From the NCBI GenBank assembly GCA_963678315.1, contig OY782781.1:224001-288000 (forward strand): DNA of 64,000 nt. Reading direction: 5' to 3'. The notes below the pieces were generated by a model, which ran no database searches, was not told the DNA's origin, and saw nothing but the letters and a program-made list of their open reading frames with translations. The number at the start of each line of letters is the position of its first letter. The first letter of the stretch is position 1. The translations under genes were made by a program, and so were the position numbers. The DNA is from Candidatus Cloacimonadales bacterium (GTDB lineage: Bacteria > Cloacimonadota > Cloacimonadia > Cloacimonadales > JAFGVF01). This document shows positions 46,826-56,156 of the stretch, piece after piece.

Positions 46826-48370
46826 ATGCGAATAAGAATTAGTAAATTATTAATTATTTTAGTTATGGTTGCACTTTTCAGTTGTAAATCAAACAGTAAT
46901 ATTGAAGATAATGGTGATGAAAATATAAACTACAGTAAAGAATTTAACAAGATTATCAGAGATCCTGATGTAGTAGAACAAAATATTACTTTTGAGCCAA
47001 GAGAAGATATTTTTTCTAAGCTTACTTCCAAGAATTATATTAACAGTAATGACTTATTAGATGTAATTGGAGTTAGAATCGCCAAAAAAGCAGAAGAAAA
47101 AAGAACAGAGATGCATCTTTTAGCAAATGAAAAAACTAGAGAAATCAAGGAAGCAAAGATTGAATGTTTTAACGCTAAATTTCATGTAACCCTACTAGAA
47201 GAGGATACTTTAACTTATGAAGTTAATATTCAAAAACCAATTCTACCAGGTGGTTCTGTCTATCAAGTCCTAACTGACTTAGGTATGAATGGCGAGGAAG
47301 TTGGATTTTATACTTGGAAAATTGGTGAATATATAGACCCTACTGCTATCAATGCTGGCGATACTCTTATAGTTGATTATTGCATTGACCAATATAATGA
47401 CAAACATTTTGAAAAATTCTCTTATAAAAGAGATAGAGCATCTCTACATGAGTTTTATATCGAAGGTCCTAAAGAACTACGTTACAATTTAGTGTCATAT
47501 CCATATACCATAGAAGAAAGATATATTACTGGAATCATCACAAAGCAAGCTCCTTCTCTTGATCAAGCTATGAAAGCAGATGGCATTGAAGCTTATGTTA
47601 GACAGCAAGTAAATGATGCAATTGAATCACAAGTTGACATGAGATCTGACCCAAGAGTTGGTGATACTTATGAGATTCTTATTCAAGAAAAATGGGTTCA
47701 AGGTGAAAAGGAGCCACATGGCAAAGTTATGTTTGCACAATATACAGGCCAAAGAATTGGAACAAAGAATGCCTATAGATTTATTGATGAAGACGATGAT
47801 TCTGCTTATAATGGTATGTATCTTGAAAACGGTAAAGGACTAGTTCAGGGAAACTATAGAACTCCACTGAATAAAATGCACATTACCTCTCCATTTGGTT
47901 ATAGAATTCATCCAATTCTTGGAAAAAGAAGAATGCACGATGGAATCGATCTAAGAGGAAGAATGGGAACTAATGTTTATGCAGTAAGCAATGGGGTTGT
48001 TATAAAAGCTGCCAATACTGGTGATGGATATGGAAAAGATGTTAGAATACGTCATGACAATGGTATGATGACACAATACGCTCATCTAAGTCGTATTAAC
48101 ACAAGAGTTGGACGTAGAGTCAATAAAGGTCAGATTATAGGTAAAGTAGGATCTACTGGACGCTCAACTGGTCCTCACTTACATTTTGGTGTACAAATGA
48201 GTGGACGTTGGGTAAATCCTAAAACAAACTTAAAAATGGTTGCTGCAGCTAAGCTTAAAGGTGCACGAAAAACAAAGTATTTAGAACAAGTAAAAGAACT
48301 TAAAACTAGGATTCAAGAAAAGAAACAAGAATTCTTAGCAAGCAATCCAGACAAAAGATTTGTTTCTTAA
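46826..48370 (+). CDS. M23-family peptidoglycan endopeptidase lipoprotein (MepM-like)
   Basis: Lipobox LFSC; ITSPFG.R.HP; HDGID; YAHL; STGPHLHF. Confidence 0.9.
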   Translation: MRIRISKLLIILVMVALFSCKSNSNIEDNGDENINYSKEFNKIIRDPDVVEQNITFEPREDIFSKLTSKNYINSNDLLDVIGVRIAKKAEEKRTEMHLLANEKTREIKEAKIECFNAKFHVTLLEEDTLTYEVNIQKPILPGGSVYQVLTDLGMNGEEVGFYTWKIGEYIDPTAINAGDTLIVDYCIDQYNDKHFEKFSYKRDRASLHEFYIEGPKELRYNLVSYPYTIEERYITGIITKQAPSLDQAMKADGIEAYVRQQVNDAIESQVDMRSDPRVGDTYEILIQEKWVQGEKEPHGKVMFAQYTGQRIGTKNAYRFIDEDDDSAYNGMYLENGKGLVQGNYRTPLNKMHITSPFGYRIHPILGKRRMHDGIDLRGRMGTNVYAVSNGVVIKAANTGDGYGKDVRIRHDNGMMTQYAHLSRINTRVGRRVNKGQIIGKVGSTGRSTGPHLHFGVQMSGRWVNPKTNLKMVAAAKLKGARKTKYLEQVKELKTRIQEKKQEFLASNPDKRFVS

Positions 48371-48391
48371 AATTTAAATATATATATTTTT

Positions 48392-48423
48392 AAGCTCTTG
48401 GTAATTATACTGAGAGCTTTTTT
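48392..48423 (+). terminator. Intrinsic terminator
   Basis: AAGCTCTTGGTA-ATTA-TACTGAGAGCTT followed by a T-run. Confidence 0.65.
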
Positions 48424-48523
48424 AACGATAATAAATGATTGTTAATACTTAATCCCAAATAATAACTATTCTTAATTTGACACTTAACAGGAGAAAATTA
48501 TATTGTTCACTAGGAAGGAAAAA

Positions 48524-49870
48524 ATGAAAAAAATAATATACGCTTTGTTTCTTTTAATAGTAGTAGTTGGATGTTCACACAATAAGCCTAAAAATGTAAT
48601 AATAATGATTTCTGATGGTTGCGGATACAATCACATTCTTGCCACAGATTATTACCAATATGGAGAAAGCGGTAAACAAGTCTACCAACAGTTTCCAGTA
48701 CAACAGTTCATGACAACTTATTCACTAAATGTACTTAGTGGCTATGATAGTGCTAAAGCGTGGAGTGATTCTACTTACATAGGAGATAAGTGGACTGATT
48801 CTGCTGCTTCAGCAACTGCAATGTCTACAGGTATAAAAACTAGAAATACTATTATTGGTAAAGATTCTACCCTAGTCGATGTTGAGCATTTTTCTGAATT
48901 TATGCAAAAACAAGGAAAGAAGATTGGAGTAGCAACCAATGTTCTTGCCAGCCATGCTACTCCAGCAGGTTTCTCTTCTCATAATATTTACAGAAAGAAC
49001 TATGCTGAAATCTTCAAAGACATGGTAACAGATTCATATCTATCCGTGATTATTGGTGGTGGATTAAATGATTACGATGAACTAGCTTATGATAAGAAGT
49101 ATAAGTATGTTGGGGGAAAAGAGTTCTGGCAACAAATCATGGAAGGGCAAACCAAATACGATTTAGATAATGATGGTTATGTTGATAGAACAATTAAAGA
49201 TATTAACTATGACTTAGAACCTGATGTTTGGGAAGTCGTGAGGGAACGTGAAGATTTTGTGAATATTAATCCTGATAATGCCCCAGAAAGATTATTAGGT
49301 ATTTTCCAAAGCAGGAAAAATGCCCAGTATGATAGAGATGGAGAAAAGAATGTTCCTCCTTTTACGGTTCCTTTCAGAGAGAATATACCTACTTTAGCTG
49401 AAATGGCTATGGCTTCTATTTATACCCTAGACAATGACAATGGCTTCTGGTTAATGGTAGAAGGTGGGGCAGTTGATAAAGCATCTCACGCTAAATGGAA
49501 TGGAAGAGTTATTGAAGAAGAAATTGACTTTAATAAAGCTGTTGAAGCTGTGGTTGAGTGGGTAGAAACTAATAGTTCTTGGGATGAGACCTTGCTTATT
49601 GTTACTGCAGACCATGAGTGTGGACATATTTCAGGTGAGCCAAATATGACTAATGAAGTTGTGGCTGATGTAAAAAATAGAGGAAAAGGTAATATGCCTG
49701 AGATGTATAACTTATCAGGACAACATACTAACTCATTAGTACCCTTCTTTGCCAAAGGTATTGGAGCAGAAAACTTCTTAAAGAAAGCCATATATACAGA
49801 TTTGAAGCATGGTAAATATATGGATAATACTGAAATGGCTAAAACATTGTTTGAATTATTTGGGAAGTAA
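48524..49870 (+). CDS. phoA: Alkaline phosphatase (PhoA family) lipoprotein
   Basis: NVIIMISDG, TDSAASATA, HATPA, VEGG.VDKASH, TADHE. ATG 48524 lies behind AGGAAGG. Confidence 0.9.
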   Translation: MKKIIYALFLLIVVVGCSHNKPKNVIIMISDGCGYNHILATDYYQYGESGKQVYQQFPVQQFMTTYSLNVLSGYDSAKAWSDSTYIGDKWTDSAASATAMSTGIKTRNTIIGKDSTLVDVEHFSEFMQKQGKKIGVATNVLASHATPAGFSSHNIYRKNYAEIFKDMVTDSYLSVIIGGGLNDYDELAYDKKYKYVGGKEFWQQIMEGQTKYDLDNDGYVDRTIKDINYDLEPDVWEVVREREDFVNINPDNAPERLLGIFQSRKNAQYDRDGEKNVPPFTVPFRENIPTLAEMAMASIYTLDNDNGFWLMVEGGAVDKASHAKWNGRVIEEEIDFNKAVEAVVEWVETNSSWDETLLIVTADHECGHISGEPNMTNEVVADVKNRGKGNMPEMYNLSGQHTNSLVPFFAKGIGAENFLKKAIYTDLKHGKYMDNTEMAKTLFELFGK

Positions 49871-49885
49871 GATTATTTGACAGTA

Positions 49886-50031
49886 GGAGTGAAAGCATCC
49901 GCCGATAGGCTGAACACAGTTCATGCTTACGCAAATTATGTTTTGTCGTAGCCAAGGATGGCTACAATCCCAGTTTAAGGTTGTCGTAGCCAAGGACCGT
50001 GTCTGGCGAAGACTGATGGCTACAATCCCAG
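49886..50031. repeat. Palindromic cluster: module A plus tandem empty and filled CGTAGCCAAGGA...TGGCTACAATCCCAG units
   Basis: Reversed module A at 49886-49934; empty unit 49947-49973; filled unit 49985-50031. Confidence 0.85.
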
Positions 50032-50051
50032 CTAGCTTATAGATTATACAG

Positions 50052-50080
50052 AAAAGAGTCTTGAAACATCAAGACTCTTT
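50052..50080. terminator. Terminator hairpin between convergent phoA and metK
   Basis: AAAAGAGTCTTGA-AACA-TCAAGACTCTTT. Confidence 0.75.
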
Positions 50081-50100
50081 ATATTGTTCAAAATTATTGA

Positions 50101-51060
50101 TTAACAATCCCATTTAAAGCCATTACCAAAATGGCCCCATTCTGCTGTTTTAGCAAAAACTGGTTTATCAAGCTCAAGAGCGGTGATAATACCTTTAGGA
50201 GTTAAATCATAACCTTCAATTTGCATTTCTTTGCCATCAACAATAGCAGTAGCTTGTACAGGTTGAGCTACACCAATAGCATAAGCTAAACGTACAAAAA
50301 CTTCTTTAGCATTGTATTTTCTAAGGTAATCAACAGCAACTCTTCTTGCCATATAAGCACCAGATCTATCAACCTTTGTAGAATCTTTACCTGAGAAAGC
50401 ACCACCACCAAGAGGAATTCTTGGTCCATAGTTATCTACAGCAAGCTTTCTACCTGTAACACCTGTATCAGCATCAAATCCACCCATTGACCATTCACCA
50501 GCTGGATTAATGTGAAGCTTAGTATTTGAGATATCAAGTTTCATCTCTTGAGCCCAAGCTTTAACTTCTTGTTCAAGATCAGAAGTTTTAGTACTTTGGA
50601 AACTAGCAACAATAGCAATAATATTATCGCCATCAAGAGTAACTTGAGTTTTTCCATCATACTCATTCTTTTTATATAAGTATCTATTTAATGATCTTGC
50701 AAGATATGCTTCTTGAGGAATCATTTCTTCATTCTCATTACAAGCGTAACCTATCATTACACCTTGGTCTCCAGCACCCCCAGTATCAACACCTTGAGCA
50801 ATAAAACTGCTCTGTTGCACTATGTTTACTTGAACACCAACATTATTACCAACTATCTTTCTTGTAGTTTGTTGTACATTAACAAAAGCTTCTGTTGTAA
50901 GTTCTCCTGTAACAGAAACTAATTTGTGGCCACCCATAACTTCTATAGCAGCACGGGTATTCTTATCCTGTTCTAAACAAACATCCAGAATTAAATCTGC
51001 GATTCTGTCACATAACTTATCAGGATGTCCAGGACTAACAAATTCTGCAGTTCTTAACAT
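50101..51060 (-). CDS. metK: S-adenosylmethionine synthetase (short, 319 aa)
   Basis: E.VSPGHPDK.CD, GAGDQG, DGKTQVT, DTGVTGRK, GGGAFSGKD.TKVDRSGAYMAR. ATG 51060 lies behind GGAG. Confidence 0.95.
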   Translation of the reverse strand: MLRTAEFVSPGHPDKLCDRIADLILDVCLEQDKNTRAAIEVMGGHKLVSVTGELTTEAFVNVQQTTRKIVGNNVGVQVNIVQQSSFIAQGVDTGGAGDQGVMIGYACNENEEMIPQEAYLARSLNRYLYKKNEYDGKTQVTLDGDNIIAIVASFQSTKTSDLEQEVKAWAQEMKLDISNTKLHINPAGEWSMGGFDADTGVTGRKLAVDNYGPRIPLGGGAFSGKDSTKVDRSGAYMARRVAVDYLRKYNAKEVFVRLAYAIGVAQPVQATAIVDGKEMQIEGYDLTPKGIITALELDKPVFAKTAEWGHFGNGFKWDC

Positions 51061-51088
51061 GTTATTCTCCAATATGTTTGTATTTCAG

Positions 51089-51188
51089 GATAGATTCGGT
51101 TTGAATTGCAGCATAATTAATATAACTTAATTAGCACTTTGGTTCACACGAAAAGTGTCGGCAGTTGCAATCAGCAAATCAATCTACC
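51089..51188 (-). promoter_or_regulatory. SAM-II-like riboswitch (long-L3 type) with downstream anti-aptamer in the metK leader
   Basis: GGUAG-AU-UGAUUU-GCUG-AUUGCAA-CUGCC-(hairpin-containing L3)-AAAGUGCUAA follows the SAM-II layout (P1, GAUUU, UUGC, GCUAA) and lies directly upstream of metK. Confidence 0.65.
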
Positions 51189-51314
51189 ATGTAGAAGTGA
51201 CATAAAAACTATTTCTGTTATTCTGTCAATGAATAAATATTACTCGAGTCTAACAGTTGCTCTTTCTACACAAGTTCCTTGACATCTTAACAATCAAAAA
51301 TCAAGTAGCACCAT

Positions 51315-51463
51315 AACTGGTTCACAGAAGTGCTAAGATGGAATTCGGTGGAAAACCGAGACAGCCCCCGCTACTGTAAATAGGAACGAAAAAGCAATGA
51401 CCACCCTCATAAGAGGGGAAGGTGCTCAAGTAGGTAGCCTATAAGTCAGGAAACATGCCAGAT
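51315..51463 (+). promoter_or_regulatory. Cobalamin (B12) riboswitch
   Basis: GGT...AAGATGGAATTCGGTGGAAAACCGAGACAGCCCCCGCTACTGTAA...CCAC...GGGAAGG...AAGTCAGGAAACATGCC (B12 box). A long hairpin at 51481-51546 abuts the AAGGAG RBS. Confidence 0.93.
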
Positions 51464-51560
51464 ATAATAATTATAATATAACTTTCGGGTGGAAGGTTAG
51501 ATTTATTACAAGTGTAATACAATCTATTGTTTTCATTCGGAGAAGTAAGGAGTTTTTACT

Positions 51561-54242
51561 ATGTGTAGTACTTTTCGCTTTTCTGGATTTAAGAAATCCA
51601 AATTATTAATAGTGTTCCTATTATTTGTTGTTAGTTCACTATTCTCATTCACATTTGAGGATGTTGATTTCTGGGCTGGTCAAGGCTCTTCTGAAGCTAT
51701 TCTAGTAGTCGATTGGCAAGACGATCAACCTGCCCTAGTTTGGGGATACAAGTTTACTTATATGACATCTGGAGCAGATATGCTTAATGCTATTGCAGAA
51801 TTAGATGAAAGACTAACTTTTAACGGTTCAAGCTTTGTTAATGATTTAATTTATACTGTCGATGAAGTTCAAGAGCATTCTGGTTTACATGGAGAGCCAA
51901 ATTACTGGAGTTTGCATCAATCAACTGTTGAAGGTGATTCTTTAGATTGGTCACACTTTGGAGGACTGACCTTTACTATCCAAGATGGGCAAGCTTTGGG
52001 CTGTTCTTATGGTACAGAAGATCCTACTAATGATTATAATAATTTTGAAATTGTTTCTGTAGCAACTACAACACCTGACGAACCTAGCTTTGAAGATATA
52101 GAATATTGGGTTGGAGAAGGCGACAACGAAGCCGCTTTAGTAATAGACTGGTTTGATGGCATTGAACCACGTTCTCTAATTTGGGGATATCGTTGGGATG
52201 GAGATGCTAATGGTTTAGATATGATACAAGCAATCGCTAATGCTGACCAGCGTCTTTCAGGTGACTTCGATGCTATGGTTTCTGAAGTTCAATATGATTT
52301 AAATAATGATGGTTCTATTGATGATTCTGACCATGATATGGGAATGAATGATTACCCTACTGGTTACTGGAGCTATTTCTTGAAAGAAGCTTCAACAGAA
52401 GATTGGTCTTATTCTAGCACAGGTATTGCTGGAAGAACTTTAACTGACGGTTGTTGGGATGGATGGGTTTTTGTACAAGATTGGTCAATTACTGAATTCC
52501 CTTATCCAGCTGTTCCAGCTCAAGCTCCTGTAGAAGAACCTGAGTATCCTATTGAATTCTGGGATGTGACTTATAGAATAGGTCAAGGAACAGACTTAGC
52601 TCTTTTTGTTGTTGACTGGAATGACGAGACTGAGACTCCTTCTTTAGCTTGGGGATATTATTTCAATGAAGAAGATAATGTAACAGTTGCCTCCATGATG
52701 AATCAAATTGCAGAAGCTGATGGAAGATTAGATATTGATGTAAACAGTATGCTTAACGAAATCACGTACACTGTTGATGAGACTGTTCAACATACTTCTG
52801 TAGACGGAGGAGATTGGTGGTCAACGTGGACCTGGTCAGAAGATGATGGTTGGGCTATGAATGGTGGAGTTTCTACTAGAGTTTCGACAAGTCACATTTA
52901 TGGTTGTTCTTATGGTTTTACACCAGCTGCTACCCAACCAGATAATCCTATTGCCGTTGATGAATATGTGGATACTAGCACAGGTCCTTCTGCTTGTGGT
53001 GATACATATTACATAAGAAATGATATTGCTTATCAACTACATATATTATACAATGATTATGATAATGGTAATCTTGATGGTCAATCATTAGAAGTTACAA
53101 GCCAACCACAACATGGAACAGTAACTGCTGATGAAGATGGAATTGTTGAATACCTTGCAAATGAAGGCTATGAAGGAAGCGATTCATTCATGTACACTGT
53201 TTGTGACGAGGACGGTCTAGTATCTAATGAAGTTCCTGTAATATTGAATCTTTATCCAGCCTTTACTGGTGGTGCTGATATTGAAGGAAACCTTGCAATT
53301 GTTAATGATTCAGAAGAGATATTAGCTTGGGCAACTGGAATTGAACTTGTAAGAGGTCCTCAATTTATAGCAGATGAAGACTCTCCTCTAGCCTCCTATG
53401 GTTCAGAAGATGATGCCCTTGGCTATGCAGAAGGAAACTCAACAGATGTTGTCTCTCTAGGAGATGGGGGTATTGCTACTTTAAGCTTCGAGACAGCAAT
53501 AGCTGATGGACAAGGTCCAGACTTTGCAGTATTTGAAAATGCTTTCATGGACACAACATTAGAACTAGCTTTTGTGGAAGTATCTTCTAATGGTTATGAT
53601 TGGGTTAGATTCCCAGCAACATCTTATACTCAGAACGAAATCCAGTTAAACAATGATGGCAGTATTGATTGCAAATCAATCAATAATCTTGCAGGTAAAT
53701 ATAGACAAGGCTTTGGCACTCCCTTTGATTTAGCTCAATTAGAAGGTGCATCAGGCTTAGATTTAAATAGTGTGTCTTATGTGAGAGTTATTGATGTTAT
53801 AGGTTCTATTAGTGACACTCATAGTACATTAGATTGTAACGACAATATCATTAATGACCCCTTCCCTACTAACTTCGAATCTTCTGGCTTTGATTTAGAT
53901 GGTGTAGCTGTTCTTAATGATGCTAATTCAGTTGCAATTGCAGCTAGTGATAGTCCGAGTGTTAACACAACAGAATTATTGGGTGCTTATCCAAACCCAT
54001 TTAACCCTGAAACAACAATTAGTTTCAATCTTGCAGATAGTGAGAAGTGTAGCTTAAGAGTCTATAACTTGAAAGGACAGCTTGTTAAAACTTTGGTTAA
54101 AGGACAATTGTCTAAAGGTGCTCATGCAGTAACCTGGAAAGGGCAAGACGAAAGCAACAAGTCAGTTGCTTCAGGCCTTTATTTCTATAAACTAACCACT
54201 GCATCTAAAACTTGTACTAAGAAGATGACACTTCAAAAATAG
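51561..54242 (+). CDS. B12-riboswitch-controlled secreted multidomain protein with T9SS/FlgD-type CTD; putative cobalamin-binding protein
   Basis: Signal peptide; three 'F.D..(F/Y)(W/R).G.G...A..V.DW...L.WGY' repeats; Ig-like 'QPQHGTV...Y..GSDSF.Y'; 'VSLGDGG...DFAVFEN..LELAFVEVSS' domain; CTD YPNPFNP...YNLKGQ...SGLYF. Confidence 0.8.
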   Translation: MCSTFRFSGFKKSKLLIVFLLFVVSSLFSFTFEDVDFWAGQGSSEAILVVDWQDDQPALVWGYKFTYMTSGADMLNAIAELDERLTFNGSSFVNDLIYTVDEVQEHSGLHGEPNYWSLHQSTVEGDSLDWSHFGGLTFTIQDGQALGCSYGTEDPTNDYNNFEIVSVATTTPDEPSFEDIEYWVGEGDNEAALVIDWFDGIEPRSLIWGYRWDGDANGLDMIQAIANADQRLSGDFDAMVSEVQYDLNNDGSIDDSDHDMGMNDYPTGYWSYFLKEASTEDWSYSSTGIAGRTLTDGCWDGWVFVQDWSITEFPYPAVPAQAPVEEPEYPIEFWDVTYRIGQGTDLALFVVDWNDETETPSLAWGYYFNEEDNVTVASMMNQIAEADGRLDIDVNSMLNEITYTVDETVQHTSVDGGDWWSTWTWSEDDGWAMNGGVSTRVSTSHIYGCSYGFTPAATQPDNPIAVDEYVDTSTGPSACGDTYYIRNDIAYQLHILYNDYDNGNLDGQSLEVTSQPQHGTVTADEDGIVEYLANEGYEGSDSFMYTVCDEDGLVSNEVPVILNLYPAFTGGADIEGNLAIVNDSEEILAWATGIELVRGPQFIADEDSPLASYGSEDDALGYAEGNSTDVVSLGDGGIATLSFETAIADGQGPDFAVFENAFMDTTLELAFVEVSSNGYDWVRFPATSYTQNEIQLNNDGSIDCKSINNLAGKYRQGFGTPFDLAQLEGASGLDLNSVSYVRVIDVIGSISDTHSTLDCNDNIINDPFPTNFESSGFDLDGVAVLNDANSVAIAASDSPSVNTTELLGAYPNPFNPETTISFNLADSEKCSLRVYNLKGQLVKTLVKGQLSKGAHAVTWKGQDESNKSVASGLYFYKLTTASKTCTKKMTLQK

Positions 54243-54276
54243 AATTAAGATTCAACAGAATATTATTATAGATAAC

Positions 54277-54308
54277 GAGAGTAGGCAATTTTACCTGCTC
54301 TCTTTTTT
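54277..54308 (+). terminator. Intrinsic terminator
   Basis: GAGAGTAGG...CCTGCTCTC followed by TTTTTT. Confidence 0.75.
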
Positions 54309-54473
54309 GTTAATTTATAATACTATTAGATGAGTAGAATATTTTTAATTTGTTAAGACATTCATAATTCTTGACAATATTTGTTAAGAATTTAAATTTT
54401 AAAAACACATATTCATTATTGAATTGGTGGGAGTTGAATATTATCTTAGATTTAAGGTAGAAATGGAGTATAT

Positions 54474-55307
54474 GTGAAAACTAAAAAGAATCTCATTAAA
54501 GTTATATTGAGAGCAAGATATAAAAAGAAAATTAGTTCATTTAAGTCTAAAGTAGACTTTGAAATTGATAAGAAGAACTATATCATCAAAACCGCTAGTA
54601 CACCTGAGGAATTGGAACAGGTGTTAACTCTTAGACATCAAGTATTCCTTGAAGAGCTTTTGCATAAGAAAAGAGTGATTGAAGTAGATTTCGATAAGTT
54701 CGATTTGCTATGCGATCATTTGATGATTATTAATAAGGTAGATAATAATCTTATAGGAACCTACAGACTTAACTGCTCTAAGTTCAATAACTGTTTTTAT
54801 TCAGCTACTGAGTTCAATATCAACACAATTCTACAGCTTCCTGGAGATAAAGTAGAGTTAGGTAGAGCTTGTGTTCATCCTGAATATCGTAATGGTATGA
54901 CTATCGCTCTTCTCTGGAAGGGTCTTTCTCAGTATATGAATATTTCAGGCTCTAGGTTCTTCTTTGGTTGTTCAAGTATCAAGAACATGAATTACATGGA
55001 AATCCTTAAAATCTACCAAACGCTTGAAGTTCATGGCCATTTGGTTCACCTACCAGGAGTTAAACCTGTCGGTAAGTTTAAATCAAGAAGTCTTAAGAAA
55101 CTTATAAAATCTAATAATAGTCTTCCTGAAACTAATGAAAAAGAACTAATGTCTGCACTTCCTCCATTATTAAAGAGCTATATCAAAGCTGGGGCTAAGA
55201 TTATTGGACGCCCTGCTTTAGATAAAGATTTTAGATGTTTTGACTTTTTAACCCTGCTTGACTTTATAAATGTCGACCAAAAATATAGAGATAAATACAA
55301 AAAATGA
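54474..55307 (+). CDS. GNAT N-acyltransferase, OlsB-like
   Basis: LRHQVF.EE, D.D.FD..CDHL, GTYRL, ELGRACVHPEYR, FFGCSS, LPPLLKSY..AGA, PALD.DF...D. Confidence 0.82.
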   Translation: MKTKKNLIKVILRARYKKKISSFKSKVDFEIDKKNYIIKTASTPEELEQVLTLRHQVFLEELLHKKRVIEVDFDKFDLLCDHLMIINKVDNNLIGTYRLNCSKFNNCFYSATEFNINTILQLPGDKVELGRACVHPEYRNGMTIALLWKGLSQYMNISGSRFFFGCSSIKNMNYMEILKIYQTLEVHGHLVHLPGVKPVGKFKSRSLKKLIKSNNSLPETNEKELMSALPPLLKSYIKAGAKIIGRPALDKDFRCFDFLTLLDFINVDQKYRDKYKK

Positions 55308-56083
55308 TAGTTAATAAAATTATTGGTACCATTTGGTACTTCTTTATGTTCTTCGTAAAAGGATTTGGAATAAACATATTTGTTAGAGATAAGAATAGAA
55401 GGCACTCTTTACACTCTTTAAATACATCACATGCCTGCAATAGATTAACAAGGTTGTTAGGAATAGATATTCATTTAACTAATACTGAAGCATGGGATAA
55501 ACTTAACTTGCATAATTATTTAGTGGTATCTAATCACGTTTCTTATCTTGATATAGCTGTTTTAACTACAATCAACCCTTTCCTATTTATTACTTCTAAC
55601 GAGATGAAGAATACTCCTTTCTTAGGTAAGGTAACTGAGTTAGGTGGAAGTCTTTATACAGACAGAAAGAAGTTCACAGGAATCAAGGGAGAGATTAATA
55701 ACTTTGCTAACTATCTTCGAGATGGCTTCAATGTTGTTCTATTCCCAGAAGCTACCTCTACAGATGGTAAGGAATTAAGAAAGTTCAAGAAGTCGCTTTA
55801 TCAAGTCGCTATTGAGGCTAATAAAGCTATTTTACCAATCTGCATAAAGTACACTCATTGCAACGGTAAACCAATTGATGATACTAATAGAGACAATCTT
55901 TTCTGGTATGGTGACATGGGCTTTTTACCACACTTTTGGAGACTGCTTAATATTAAGAATGCACAAGTTGAAATTACAATACTTGATGAAGTTCAAGTAG
56001 GTCCTGATTCTGATAGAAGAGAACTATGTGATACGACTTATCTAATGATTCATGATAAGTATCACACCTATAAATATCTATAA
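55304..56083 (+). CDS. PlsC/OlsA-family lysolipid acyltransferase
   Basis: SNHVSYLD, FPEATS, WYGDM; ATGA overlap with the upstream GNAT gene. Confidence 0.88.
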   Translation: MIVNKIIGTIWYFFMFFVKGFGINIFVRDKNRRHSLHSLNTSHACNRLTRLLGIDIHLTNTEAWDKLNLHNYLVVSNHVSYLDIAVLTTINPFLFITSNEMKNTPFLGKVTELGGSLYTDRKKFTGIKGEINNFANYLRDGFNVVLFPEATSTDGKELRKFKKSLYQVAIEANKAILPICIKYTHCNGKPIDDTNRDNLFWYGDMGFLPHFWRLLNIKNAQVEITILDEVQVGPDSDRRELCDTTYLMIHDKYHTYKYL

Positions 56084-56111
56084 ACTAAAAATAACATTAT
56101 AAGCTTTATTT

Positions 56112-56140
56112 AACCACCATTTCTATGGTGGTTTTTGTTT
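56112..56140 (+). terminator. Intrinsic terminator
   Basis: AACCACCAT-TTCT-ATGGTGGTT followed by TTTGTTTT. Confidence 0.75.
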
Positions 56141-56156
56141 TATCTAAGAATAGTAA

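Noticed and set aside
49943..50031. Possible mini-CRISPR reading of the tandem palindromes
   Set aside because: No regular repeat-spacer period, the inserted 20-mer is itself repeated elsewhere, and there are no cas genes.
51126..51170. SAM-I reading of the metK leader (GCAACU...AGUGCUAAUU resembles P3)
   Set aside because: No AUCxAGAG P1/J1-2 or P2 kink-turn; the SAM-II layout explains more positions.
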